From NCBI GenBank assembly GCA_963700455.1, contig CAVOXP010000002.1:152011-216010 (forward strand): a DNA stretch of 64,000 nucleotides, read 5' to 3'. This stretch comes from an uncultured Actinomycetes bacterium (GTDB taxonomy: Bacteria > Actinomycetota > Actinomycetes > S36-B12 > CAIYMF01). A program made the position numbers and the translations under genes. The notes beneath the pieces are model-generated. The model had not been told where the DNA came from, made no database searches, and saw only the letters and a program-made list of their open reading frames with translations. Below, piece by piece: positions 18,542 to 29,669 of this stretch. Numbering within the stretch: the stretch's first letter is position 1; every line of letters begins with the position of its first letter.

Positions 18542-19669
18542 GTGACATCCGCCCCGGAGCCGACGCTGCACCGCGTGGTCGCGCACGCCGGCGGGCCACG
18601 CGAGATCGGCCTCGGCCCCGACCATCCCACGCTGGACGGACTGCCGCAGCTCGCCCTCGCCGTCGAGGGCGGCACGGTCCGCACCGGCGAGTGGATCCCG
18701 GGTTCCGTGCACCGGGGGGCCGAGAAGCTGTTCGAGTCCCGTGACTACCGGCAGATCCTGATGCTGGTCGACCGGCACGACTGGCTGTCGGCGTTCTGCT
18801 CGGAGATCGGCGTCGCCGTCGGCGTCGAGCGGGCGCTGGGCCTGGCCCCGCCGCCCCGGGCCCAGGACATCCGGGTGCTGCTGTGCGAGCTGACCCGGAT
18901 CGCCCACCACCTGGCGTTCCTGGCCCCGCTGCCCGGCGACCTCCCCGACCCGTGGCGGGCATCGGCGTGGGCCTGGCGGGAGCAGGTCCTCGACCTGGTC
19001 GAGGCGGCGACCGGCCACCGGGTGCACCCCATGTTCTGCCAGGTGGGCGGCGTGCGATCGGACGTGCCGGACGCGTGGGTCGACACCGTCCGCATCGCCG
19101 CCGAGGGGTGGTCGGTCGAGACCCTCGACGCCGAGCCGTTGCAGCGGGTGCTCGACTCGGCGTATGCGGGGGTGGCCGTGCTCAGCGGCTCGGACGCCCG
19201 GGCGCTCGGCGCATCCGGACCGGTCGCGCGGGCCAGCGGGGTGGACCTCGACCTGCGCCGCGACGACCCCTACCTGCCCTATCCGGACCTGGTGGTTCCG
19301 CTGTCGACGGCCGGCGACGCCCGGGCGCGGGTCCGTCTGCTGGTCGAGGAGATCGGGGTCAGCATCGGGGTGGTCCGATGGGCGGCCAGCGCGCTGGCCG
19401 GGTCCTCGGGCGAGCCGGTCGCGGTGCGCCTTCCCCGGGTCGTCCGGGTCCCCGAGGGCGCGACCTACACCTGGACGGAGAACCCGACGGGGATCAACGG
19501 GTACCTGCTGGTCTCGCGCAACGACCGCACCCCGTGGCGGCTGAAGGTGCGCAGCGCCGGCTTCGGCAACGCCGCCGCCCTCGGGCGGGCCCTGGCCGGC
19601 ACCCGCGTCGAGGATCTCCCCGCGGCCATCGCCAGCTTCCTGCTCGTGTGCGGCGACGTGGACCGCTGA
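18542..19669 (+). CDS. Orphan NuoD-like protein (NADH-quinone oxidoreductase subunit D / NiFe-hydrogenase large-subunit fold)
   Basis: ORF 18113..19669 trimmed to GTG 18542. NuoD-type motifs HRGAEKLFESRDYRQILMLVDRHDWLSAF and RVLLCELTRIAHHLAFL. No other nuo genes lie nearby. Confidence 0.8.
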   Translation: MTSAPEPTLHRVVAHAGGPREIGLGPDHPTLDGLPQLALAVEGGTVRTGEWIPGSVHRGAEKLFESRDYRQILMLVDRHDWLSAFCSEIGVAVGVERALGLAPPPRAQDIRVLLCELTRIAHHLAFLAPLPGDLPDPWRASAWAWREQVLDLVEAATGHRVHPMFCQVGGVRSDVPDAWVDTVRIAAEGWSVETLDAEPLQRVLDSAYAGVAVLSGSDARALGASGPVARASGVDLDLRRDDPYLPYPDLVVPLSTAGDARARVRLLVEEIGVSIGVVRWAASALAGSSGEPVAVRLPRVVRVPEGATYTWTENPTGINGYLLVSRNDRTPWRLKVRSAGFGNAAALGRALAGTRVEDLPAAIASFLLVCGDVDR

Positions 19670-19680
19670 GCCGCCGGCGC

Positions 19681-19983
19681 CTACTTCTCGGGGTGCTCGC
19701 GCAGGTAGGTGGCGAACACGGCCCGGAACAGCGGCTCGAGCTCGCCCGGGGCGTCGCGGAAGGCCTCGCGCGCCGCCTCGATGGTCTCGATGAGCGAGCC
19801 GCTGATCTCGCCGAGGGACCCGCCCTCGTCGGCGGTGGCCGTCAGGGCCGACGTGTGGGCCATCAGGTCGACGAAGAACGAGACGTCGTGGCGCTGCCGC
19901 GCGCGGTCGAAGGCTGCGTCCCGCAGCTCGGGGTAGGGCCAGTCCTCGAAGGGACCCTCAGGGTGGACGGCCTCGTCGCTCAT
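19681..19983 (-). CDS. Hypothetical acidic 100-aa protein
   Basis: An ORF of normal composition in an otherwise unassigned gap. I recognise no motif. Confidence 0.45.
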   Translation of the reverse strand: MSDEAVHPEGPFEDWPYPELRDAAFDRARQRHDVSFFVDLMAHTSALTATADEGGSLGEISGSLIETIEAAREAFRDAPGELEPLFRAVFATYLREHPEK

Positions 19984-20032
19984 GTCGACCAGCCTAGTGC
20001 GCCGGGATTCGCGCCGGCACCCGTGCGGGGCC

Positions 20033-20548
20033 TCAGGCGTGCGCGCCGTCGGCTGTCCCGGTCGCCCCGCGGCGCCGGCGCTCCGCCACGGCCGTGGACC
20101 CGTCCTCCGGGTCCTCGGGCAGCCGGCAGATCCGTTCGAGCCACAGCGACAGGCCGGCCAGGACGAGCCCGCCGAGGGACGCGAGGGCGGCGGCCAGGAG
20201 CCGCTCCCGACCGGCGGCCACGGCGGTCTCCTGGACCAGCCGGAGCGCCAGGCCCCCGTAGATGCCGAAGAGGACTGCGCCGACGCGGGAGCCGGCCAGG
20301 GCCAGCGCGGCCGTCCGGGCGGCCACGAGCGGCGCCATTCGCTCGGCTGGGGGATCGGGGTCCAGCCGCTTGCGGGTGACCGCTGCCCACACGCCGACGA
20401 AGCCCGCGATCACCCAGATCACCAGCACGGCCAGCCAGGGGACGGCCGGGAGCCTGGCCCGGCTGTCCACCCAGTCGGCGAACAGCCAGCCGAGCATCGC
20501 CGTCGCGACCGCGACGGCCAGGAGCATCCGCACCGACGTCGGCCTCAT
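20033..20548 (-). CDS. DUF3180 membrane protein
   Basis: ORF trimmed to MRPTSVRMLLAVAVATAMLGW (ATG 20546-20548). Four predicted TM helices. ATGA overlap with the folK stop. This is the conserved position downstream of folK in actinobacteria. Confidence 0.75.
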   Translation of the reverse strand: MRPTSVRMLLAVAVATAMLGWLFADWVDSRARLPAVPWLAVLVIWVIAGFVGVWAAVTRKRLDPDPPAERMAPLVAARTAALALAGSRVGAVLFGIYGGLALRLVQETAVAAGRERLLAAALASLGGLVLAGLSLWLERICRLPEDPEDGSTAVAERRRRGATGTADGAHA

Positions 20549-21054
20549 CGCCACCAGTCCCCCTCGTCGACGAGCTCGATGGACTGGGCCGCAAGGTCGG
20601 CGAGCAGGGCGGCGATCGAGACCGGCGGCTGGCCGGGCGGGGCGAGCGTCGCGTGCGGCTCGAGCTGCGCCCACGGGGCCAGGACGAAGGCCCGCTGGCC
20701 GGCGCGAGGGTGCGGAAGTGCCAGCGCCGGATCGCTGCTGCGCGCACCGCTCACGTCGATGAGGTCGACATCGAGGGTCCTCGGGCCCCAGCGGACGTCG
20801 CGCACCCGGCCGGCCGCGGACTCGAGCCCATGGGCGACGGCGAGGAGCTCGGCCGGCCGCAGGGACGTGTCGAGGACCACCACGGCGTTCAGGTACTCCG
20901 CCTGCTCGGGTCCGCCGACCGGCGCGGTCCGCCACAGGCCGGAGACGCCGACCAGGTCGATGCCCGGGTGGCCGGCGAGGCCCGCGACGGCAGCCCGCAG
21001 CGCGGCGCGCGCATCGCCGAGGTTGGCCCCCAGGCCAAGGACGGCTCGGGTCAT
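20545..21054 (-). CDS. folK: 2-amino-4-hydroxy-6-hydroxymethyldihydropteridine diphosphokinase
   Basis: MTRAVLGLGANLGD..., GPRTLDVDLI and PHPR..R.FVL.P. ATGA overlaps at both ends. Confidence 0.92.
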   Translation of the reverse strand: MTRAVLGLGANLGDARAALRAAVAGLAGHPGIDLVGVSGLWRTAPVGGPEQAEYLNAVVVLDTSLRPAELLAVAHGLESAAGRVRDVRWGPRTLDVDLIDVSGARSSDPALALPHPRAGQRAFVLAPWAQLEPHATLAPPGQPPVSIAALLADLAAQSIELVDEGDWWR

Positions 21055-21434
21055 CGAGTCCTCGTGATCCGCACGTAGACGTCGCTGAACGGGACCGGGA
21101 TCGGGGCCCCCGGCTTGTGCACGGTCGCGGTGACCGCCCGGACGTAGTCGAAGTCCAGGCAGCGGTGGGCGATCCGCGTGGCCAGCGTCTCGAGCAGGTT
21201 CACAGCCGGCCCCTCGATGATCTCGACGATCGCCGTGGCGATGCCGCCGTAGTCGACCGTGTGGCGCAGCTCGTCGGTCTTCGCCGCCTTGGAGATCGAC
21301 ATCACGCCCAGCTCGACGTCGACGATGAACTCCTGGCCGGTCTCTCGCTCCGTGGCCAGGACCCCGTGGAACCCGCGTCCGCGCACACCCTCGAGCACGA
21401 TCCGGTCCAGGTCCTTGCTGAAGACGTCGGTCAT
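21051..21434 (-). CDS. folB: Dihydroneopterin aldolase
   Basis: MTDVFSKDLDRIVLEGVRGRGFHGV...E...GQEFIVDVEL...D.L..TVDY. Start at ATG 21432-21434. Confidence 0.92.
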   Translation of the reverse strand: MTDVFSKDLDRIVLEGVRGRGFHGVLATERETGQEFIVDVELGVMSISKAAKTDELRHTVDYGGIATAIVEIIEGPAVNLLETLATRIAHRCLDFDYVRAVTATVHKPGAPIPVPFSDVYVRITRTR

Positions 21435-22303
21435 GCCCGATCCTCCCCTTCCCCGCGCCACCTGCTGGCGACCGCGACAGCATCACGTGAGCCCCGGGCC
21501 TCGTGCACGCGCACGGCCCATGCCCCAGCCGCCGACGCCAGGGCGGTGACGGCGTCGGTCGCGGCATCCCGCTGCCAGACCGGTCGGGGCGCACCGCCCT
21601 CGGCGAGCAGCTCGCCGAGGAAGCGCTTGCGACTGGCCCCGACCAGCACCGGATGGCCCAGTGCCATCAGCTCGGGCATCGCCCGCAGCAGCGACCAGTT
21701 GTGCGCCGGGGCCTTGGCGAACCCCAGGCCCGGGTCGACGACCACGCGGTCGAGGTCCACGCCGGCCGCGGCCAGGGCGTCCAGCCGGGCGCGCAGCTCG
21801 CCGCAGACCTCGGCCACGACATCGCCGTAGGTCGCCAGGGCGTCCATGTCGGTGGAGTGGCCGCGCCAGTGCATGGCGACGTAGGGCACGTCGAACTCGG
21901 CGAGGCAGGCGGGCATCTCGGGGTCCGCCAGGCCGCCGGACACGTCGTTGACCAGTGACGCGCCCGCGGCCACGGCCGCGCGGGCCACCTCCGCGCGCAT
22001 CGTGTCGATGCTCACGACGGTCCCCTCGGCGGCGAGCGCCCTGACGACGGGCAGGACCCGATCCAGCTCCTCGGCGACCGGGATTCGCTCGGCGCCGGGG
22101 CGCGTGGACTCCCCGCCCACGTCGATGATGTCCGCGCCCGCGGCCACCTGCTCGCGGGCGCGGGCGACGGCGTCCTCCGGGGCCAGGAACCGGCCGCCGT
22201 CGGAGAACGAGTCCGGGGTCACGTTGAGGACCGCCATGACCAGCGTGCGTCGCTGCGACGCCAGGTGCTCCGGCAGCCCGCGGGGGTGCATCCAGGCGGC
22301 CAC
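21431..22303 (-). CDS. folP: Dihydropteroate synthase
   Basis: Motifs MAVLNVTPDSFSDGGRF and DVGGESTRPG. A later in-frame start (22291) is possible. Confidence 0.93.
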   Translation of the reverse strand: MAAWMHPRGLPEHLASQRRTLVMAVLNVTPDSFSDGGRFLAPEDAVARAREQVAAGADIIDVGGESTRPGAERIPVAEELDRVLPVVRALAAEGTVVSIDTMRAEVARAAVAAGASLVNDVSGGLADPEMPACLAEFDVPYVAMHWRGHSTDMDALATYGDVVAEVCGELRARLDALAAAGVDLDRVVVDPGLGFAKAPAHNWSLLRAMPELMALGHPVLVGASRKRFLGELLAEGGAPRPVWQRDAATDAVTALASAAGAWAVRVHEARGSRDAVAVASRWRGEGEDRA

Positions 22304-22306
22304 GGG

Positions 22307-22921
22307 CTACGCCTTGGAGATCAGCGACAACACCTCGGCGCGCGTCGCCGGCTCCCGCAGGACCCCTCGCACGGCGCTCGTGACGGTCCGGGCGCCCGGC
22401 TTGCGGACCCCCCGCATCGACATGCACAGGTGCTCGCACTCGATGACCGTGATCACGCCGCGCGGCCGCAGGATGCGCACCATCGCGTCGGCCACCTGCG
22501 TGGTCAGCCGCTCCTGCACCTGCGGGCGCTTGGCGTAGACGTCCACCAGCCTGGCGACCTTGCTCAGCCCCGTGATCCGCCCGTCGGCGCTCGGGATGTA
22601 CCCGACGTGGGCGACCCCGTGGAACGGCACGAGGTGGTGCTCGCAGGTGGAGTAGACCTCGATGTCCCTGACGAGGACCAGCTCGTCGTGGCCGATGTCG
22701 AACGTCGTCGTCAGGACGTCCTCGGGGCGCTCGCGCAGGCCGCGGAAGGTCTCCGCATAGCTGCGCGCCACCCGGGCAGGCGTGTCGTGGAGGCCGTCGC
22801 GATCAGGATCCTCGCCGATCGCGAGCAGGAGCTCTCGCACGGCGGCCTCAGCGCGGGCGAAGTCGAACGGGGCGCTGGCCGGCGTCTCGTCGACCGTGTG
22901 GACGGGGTCGATCCCGCTCAC
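22307..22921 (-). CDS. folE: GTP cyclohydrolase I
   Basis: 204 aa with a GTG start. Motifs [19 protein letters not shown] and ERLT.Q. Confidence 0.95.
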   Translation of the reverse strand: MSGIDPVHTVDETPASAPFDFARAEAAVRELLLAIGEDPDRDGLHDTPARVARSYAETFRGLRERPEDVLTTTFDIGHDELVLVRDIEVYSTCEHHLVPFHGVAHVGYIPSADGRITGLSKVARLVDVYAKRPQVQERLTTQVADAMVRILRPRGVITVIECEHLCMSMRGVRKPGARTVTSAVRGVLREPATRAEVLSLISKA

Positions 22922-22936
22922 CGGGCGCCGCCCGGC

Positions 22937-25213
<2,277 letters not shown>

Positions 25214-25397
25214 ATCAATCCCTGCCCCGGGCCACCCCGGCCTCACCGCGGCGGGACTGCCGGAGCACCGCACACGCCCGCCCGACGGGCGCACGCCCGT
25301 ACACAGAAACTACACCGATCGGCCGACACCGTCCCCCGCGGTTCGCGAAGGGCGTAGGGAGCCCTTGCCGGACGCGGACGTGGGGCTTGCGGCGGCG

Positions 25398-25418
25398 CGC
25401 GTCGGCTCAGCCGACGCG
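25398..25418. terminator. Perfect 9-bp stem hairpin overlapping the inferred stop of the protease pseudogene
   Basis: CGCGTCGGC-tca-GCCGACGCG, read directly. It lies upstream of ftsH and downstream of the S1-protease remnant. Confidence 0.45.
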
Positions 25419-26509
25419 GGTCGTCGTGCCGCCTTCGCGGCGTCGAAGACCGCCGGGTTTCGGCGTTGAAGACCGGCCCGAACATCGTTCTGTCCCGGAG
25501 TACCCGTAGGAGTTGAGGGAACCGATCTCCCCTCCGCTGTCCGCTCGGCGAAGGCCAGGCGCGGTAGTCGAACCACGGGCCGCCCGACGACCCGCCGGTC
25601 ATGTCGCAGGCCAAGCCGCCAGGTCGTCCGGCCCGGTGTAGCCGTTGTACGGGTCCGTGCGTCCCGCGCCCGAGCAGTAGGTCAGGTCCGCTGCCGTTGT
25701 ACGGCTCGCCGCCGGGTACCCGAAGGCGCTCAGCTGGTCCTTCGCCCGCATCGGCACGTGGCTGAACTCAGCCCGTAGCCGACCGACAGTCGCGTCGAGA
25801 TCCTGCGTCGCCCCGGCCACGCCGCCAGGACCGACGACAGCGACCGCGAAGTCGTGCAGGGTGGCGGCCGTCGTGAAGCCACCCGCCGTGGTGAACCCGT
25901 AGTGCGCGACGAGGGCCGTGGCCGTCCAGCATCCGAACCTCGTCGGCGCGGCAGTGCAGTCGTTCGTGTTGAGGTTCGGCGCGGCGTCGAAGTCGGGATG
26001 AACATCCAGTCAGTGGCGAAGCCGCTCACCCGGTCCGGCTTGGACTCGTCATAGACACAGTGCGCCGCGGTCAGCACCAGCGAGTCGAGTTGGTCGTGTC
26101 GCCGTCGACCACCACCGCGCCGGAGCAGACGCACCCGGAGCCGCCCATCCGGAAGTAGACCTTCCCGGTCCTCTTCGCGACGTCTCCGCCAGCCGTCCAC
26201 GAAGCCCCTGAGGTGCTCGCAATCGTGGATCCCGTGGACCCACCGCCGCCGCCGGGCCTGGCCTTGCGTGCGCTGGCGGCCTTGGCCTGCTTCACCTGAC
26301 GGAACGACCCGTCCGGCATCCGCTCGAAGTCGCGGGGCTTCGCGGCCCTCATCCGCTCGGGGGTCCAGTAGGAAACGATCCGGTCGTGCTCCGCGCGGGC
26401 CACGTCCGCCTTCGACCGGGGCGCGGCCCCGGCAGCGGCAGCCGGGGACGAGGGCGGCGGCGACGAGGGCGCCGGCCAGGAACAGGGAGCGCGCGCGGGA
26501 ATGGGACAT
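25407..26509 (-). pseudogene. Secreted trypsin-like (S1) serine protease, multiply frame-shifted
   Basis: ATG 26507-26509 follows GGAAGG. Signal peptide MSHSRARSLFLAGALVAAALVP. The His motif LVLTAAHCVYDE (frame of ORF 25730..26515), the N-terminal segment HDRIVSYWTPERMRAAKPRDF (ORF 26071..26403) and the Ser motif GGSSGGPWF (ORF 25243..25614) are in different frames, as are GEIGSLNSYGYSG / MFGPVFNAET / AVFDAAKAA. Confidence 0.75.
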
Positions 26510-26653
26510 GTCCAACCTTCCGGGCTCGGGACGCGGTGAGGCTACCCTCCGCCCCGGGTCGGATGTGGTCCGTGCGGACCATCCGGTGCGCCCGATTCGA
26601 CCGATCGGGTGACGGCCCCGATCACGCGCAGTCGTCGAACGGGGTCCCGGGCC

Positions 26654-27205
<552 letters not shown>

Positions 27206-27210
27206 GGCGC

Positions 27211-28533
27211 TCAGGCTCTCACAACGAGGGCCCCGCCCTCCCGCCGGGCACGCAGTCCGCCCGGGAGCGCGATCTCGGCACGCGTCCCCGCAGCGTCCAG
27301 CAGCGCCGTGACCCCGCGGACGTGCTGGGCGGTGAGCGCCCCGGTCGGACATCCGGCCGCGAGCAGGAACCGCAGCACCAGGCGAGTCCGGATCGCCGCG
27401 GGCAGCGGGTCGGAGCGCCCCTCGCCGCCCGTGAGCAGCGAGGCGTCGAGGCTCGCGGCGAGGGCCCCGGTCCCGGCGGTCGCCGGCCCCCGCCCCTCGC
27501 CCGACCCGCCCGCCGCCGGCCCCGGCCCCGTCCCCTCGCCCGCCACCACCCACAACCTGGTGCCGGAACGACCCTCCGACGCCCATGCGGAACCAGATTC
27601 CTCGATGGCGCCGGCGGGCTCAGCACCCGGAATCCGGGTCGGGTCGGCGCTGGACGACGCGCCGGCGAGGATCGAGGCCCAGATCGTGTCGGCCCACCCG
27701 TCCAGGGCGTCGGCGTCCTCGCGGGCAAGCCCCGCCGTGCGGGCCAGCGCCTCGCCGATCCCGGGGCCGAGCGCCCGTTCCAGGCCTGGCAGCACCTCGG
27801 TGCGGACCCGTACGCGGGCGAAGGCGGGGTCCGCGTTGTGCGGGTCTGTCCATGGCTCGAGCCGGGGGTCCTCCCGGGCCGCCTCCGCGGCGGCGTCGGC
27901 CACCAGCGCCCGGGGCAGCTCGAGCAACGGCCGGCGGTAGAGCCCCGCGCGCGGGGACATGCCCGCCAGCGAGCGGGTGCCGGATCCCCGTGCCAACCCG
28001 AGGAGCACCGTCTCGGCCTGGTCGTCACGCGTGTGGCCCAGCAGCACGGCGACGGCCGGGAGCCGCCCGTGGCCGGCCGGCCCCCGCGACGTTGTGTCAT
28101 CAGAACTGCCATCAGATGACCGCTGGGATGACACGACCCCGGTGGCGGCCCCTCGGGATGACACGACCCCGGTGGCGGCCCGCTGGAACGCCGCGTACCG
28201 GGCGGCTCGCGCTGCCGCCTCCAGCCCGCCGGACCCCGGCCCGGTCGCCACCTGCACGGGCACCACCTCGATCTCCGAGCAGCCGAGGATCCGGGCCTGG
28301 CCGGCGGCACGTGTCGCCACCTCGGCCGACCCCGTCTGGAGCCCGTGGTCGACGATCACGGCCCCGCACGCCAGTCCCCGCTCGGTGGCTACCACGACCG
28401 CGGCGGCGAGCAGGGCCAACGAGTCCGGGCCGCCGCTGAGCCCGACGAGGACCCGGTCCCCGGGCACCAGGTCGGCCAGCGCCGCACGGACCGCGGCTCG
28501 CACGGCCGAGCGGGGCGGCCTGGTCGCCGCCAT
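27211..28533 (-). CDS. tilS: tRNA(Ile)-lysidine synthetase
   Basis: ORF trimmed to MAATRPP (ATG 28531-28533). PP-loop LVGLSGGPDSLAL and GHTRDDQAETVLL. ATGA overlap with the upstream gene. Contains a 2 x 30-nt tandem duplication. Confidence 0.9.
   Translation of the reverse strand: MAATRPPRSAVRAAVRAALADLVPGDRVLVGLSGGPDSLALLAAAVVVATERGLACGAVIVDHGLQTGSAEVATRAAGQARILGCSEIEVVPVQVATGPGSGGLEAAARAARYAAFQRAATGVVSSRGAATGVVSSQRSSDGSSDDTTSRGPAGHGRLPAVAVLLGHTRDDQAETVLLGLARGSGTRSLAGMSPRAGLYRRPLLELPRALVADAAAEAAREDPRLEPWTDPHNADPAFARVRVRTEVLPGLERALGPGIGEALARTAGLAREDADALDGWADTIWASILAGASSSADPTRIPGAEPAGAIEESGSAWASEGRSGTRLWVVAGEGTGPGPAAGGSGEGRGPATAGTGALAASLDASLLTGGEGRSDPLPAAIRTRLVLRFLLAAGCPTGALTAQHVRGVTALLDAAGTRAEIALPGGLRARREGGALVVRA
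28122..28181. repeat. 2 x 30-nt tandem duplication inside tilS
   Basis: The 27-nt core gggatgacacgaccccggtggcggccc occurs at 28125-28151 and 28155-28181. It encodes ATGVVSSRGA / ATGVVSSQRS. Confidence 0.9.
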
Positions 28534-29576
28534 CAGCCCAGGACGCGGCGGACCCAGTCCTGCGGATCCTCGATCTCGCCGGCCGTCGGCAGGTTCGCGG
28601 GCTCGGCCCAGACCTGGGCGAAGCCGTCGGCCCCTCCGGCCGCGATGACTGCCCGCACGAAGTCCGCCCCGCTGGTGTACTGGCGCAGCTTGGTCTCCAG
28701 CCCGAGCATCCTGCGCGCGAACCCGTCGACGGTGCCGGCCTGGGCCCGGCGCACGCTGAACCGGTCCCGGATCACCGCGACGGTCGGCACGTACGTCGGC
28801 CCGACCTCGTCCATCACGTAGTCGGCATGACCCTCGAGCAACGACATCAGGCCGGTGAGCCGGTCGAAGATCTCCCGCTGGGCGGGGGTCTGGACCGCCT
28901 CCATCAGGCTCGGCCCGGGCCGGCCGCGCGCCGCCGTGACCACCGCCTGGGCGACCGCGCCGAGGCGTCCCAGGAACTCCCCGATCGGGATGTCGCTGAC
29001 GGAGATGAACGACTGCACCTCGGCCAGGAAGTGCTCGGCCAGCCATGGCACGCCCCCGAACTGCGCACGGTGGGTCTCCTCGTGCAGGCAGACCCAGAAC
29101 CGGAAGTCGCGCGGGACCAGACCGAGCTCGGCCTCCACGTGGGCGATGTTCGGCGCGACCAGCAGCAGGCGCCCCGGCTGGCCGGGGGCGGTGAACGCCT
29201 CGTACTGGCCCAGGACCTTGCCGGAGAGCCACGCCAGCGCGCCACCGAGCTGGGCGGCGGTCAGCCGGGACCCGACGGCCTCCACGGCCGGGTTGACCGA
29301 CCGGTCGACCCGGGCGGCGATCAACGGGTCGAGGGCCAGGCCGAAGCCGGCGACGTTCGAGCGGATCCACTCGCCGCGGTCCACCACCACGGCGGGGGCG
29401 TGGTCGGGATCGGCCACGAGCCCGGTCAGCTCACGGACCGGGTCACGGGACAGCTGGGCGAGCTCCCGGAGCTCGGCGACGATCCCGTGCGCCTCGGGGG
29501 GAGTGGTCTGCGGTCCCTTGGGTGCGAAGCGCAGCCCGATCCGCTCCGCGAGCACCCAGTCGACCATCTCCGCCAT
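28533..29576 (-). CDS. Zinc-dependent metalloprotease (DUF2342 / Rv3626c-type)
   Basis: 347 aa with an HExxH motif (LHEETHRAQF). Occupies the conserved position between tilS and dacB. Confidence 0.8.
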   Translation of the reverse strand: MAEMVDWVLAERIGLRFAPKGPQTTPPEAHGIVAELRELAQLSRDPVRELTGLVADPDHAPAVVVDRGEWIRSNVAGFGLALDPLIAARVDRSVNPAVEAVGSRLTAAQLGGALAWLSGKVLGQYEAFTAPGQPGRLLLVAPNIAHVEAELGLVPRDFRFWVCLHEETHRAQFGGVPWLAEHFLAEVQSFISVSDIPIGEFLGRLGAVAQAVVTAARGRPGPSLMEAVQTPAQREIFDRLTGLMSLLEGHADYVMDEVGPTYVPTVAVIRDRFSVRRAQAGTVDGFARRMLGLETKLRQYTSGADFVRAVIAAGGADGFAQVWAEPANLPTAGEIEDPQDWVRRVLG

Positions 29577-29669
29577 TGGGCCAGCATAGGTGCGCCGCCC
29601 GGTCGGCCGTCCCTGCCGTGTGCCGCCAGGGGCCTCCCGCCAGGCAGGTGTGCCGCGTGCGCCGCCCGG

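Noticed and set aside
25243-25614. 123-aa ORF starting MACDMTGGSSGGPWF, considered as an independent small gene
   Set aside because: The sequence is the Ser-active-site segment of the S1 protease pseudogene. Its start codon is fortuitous.
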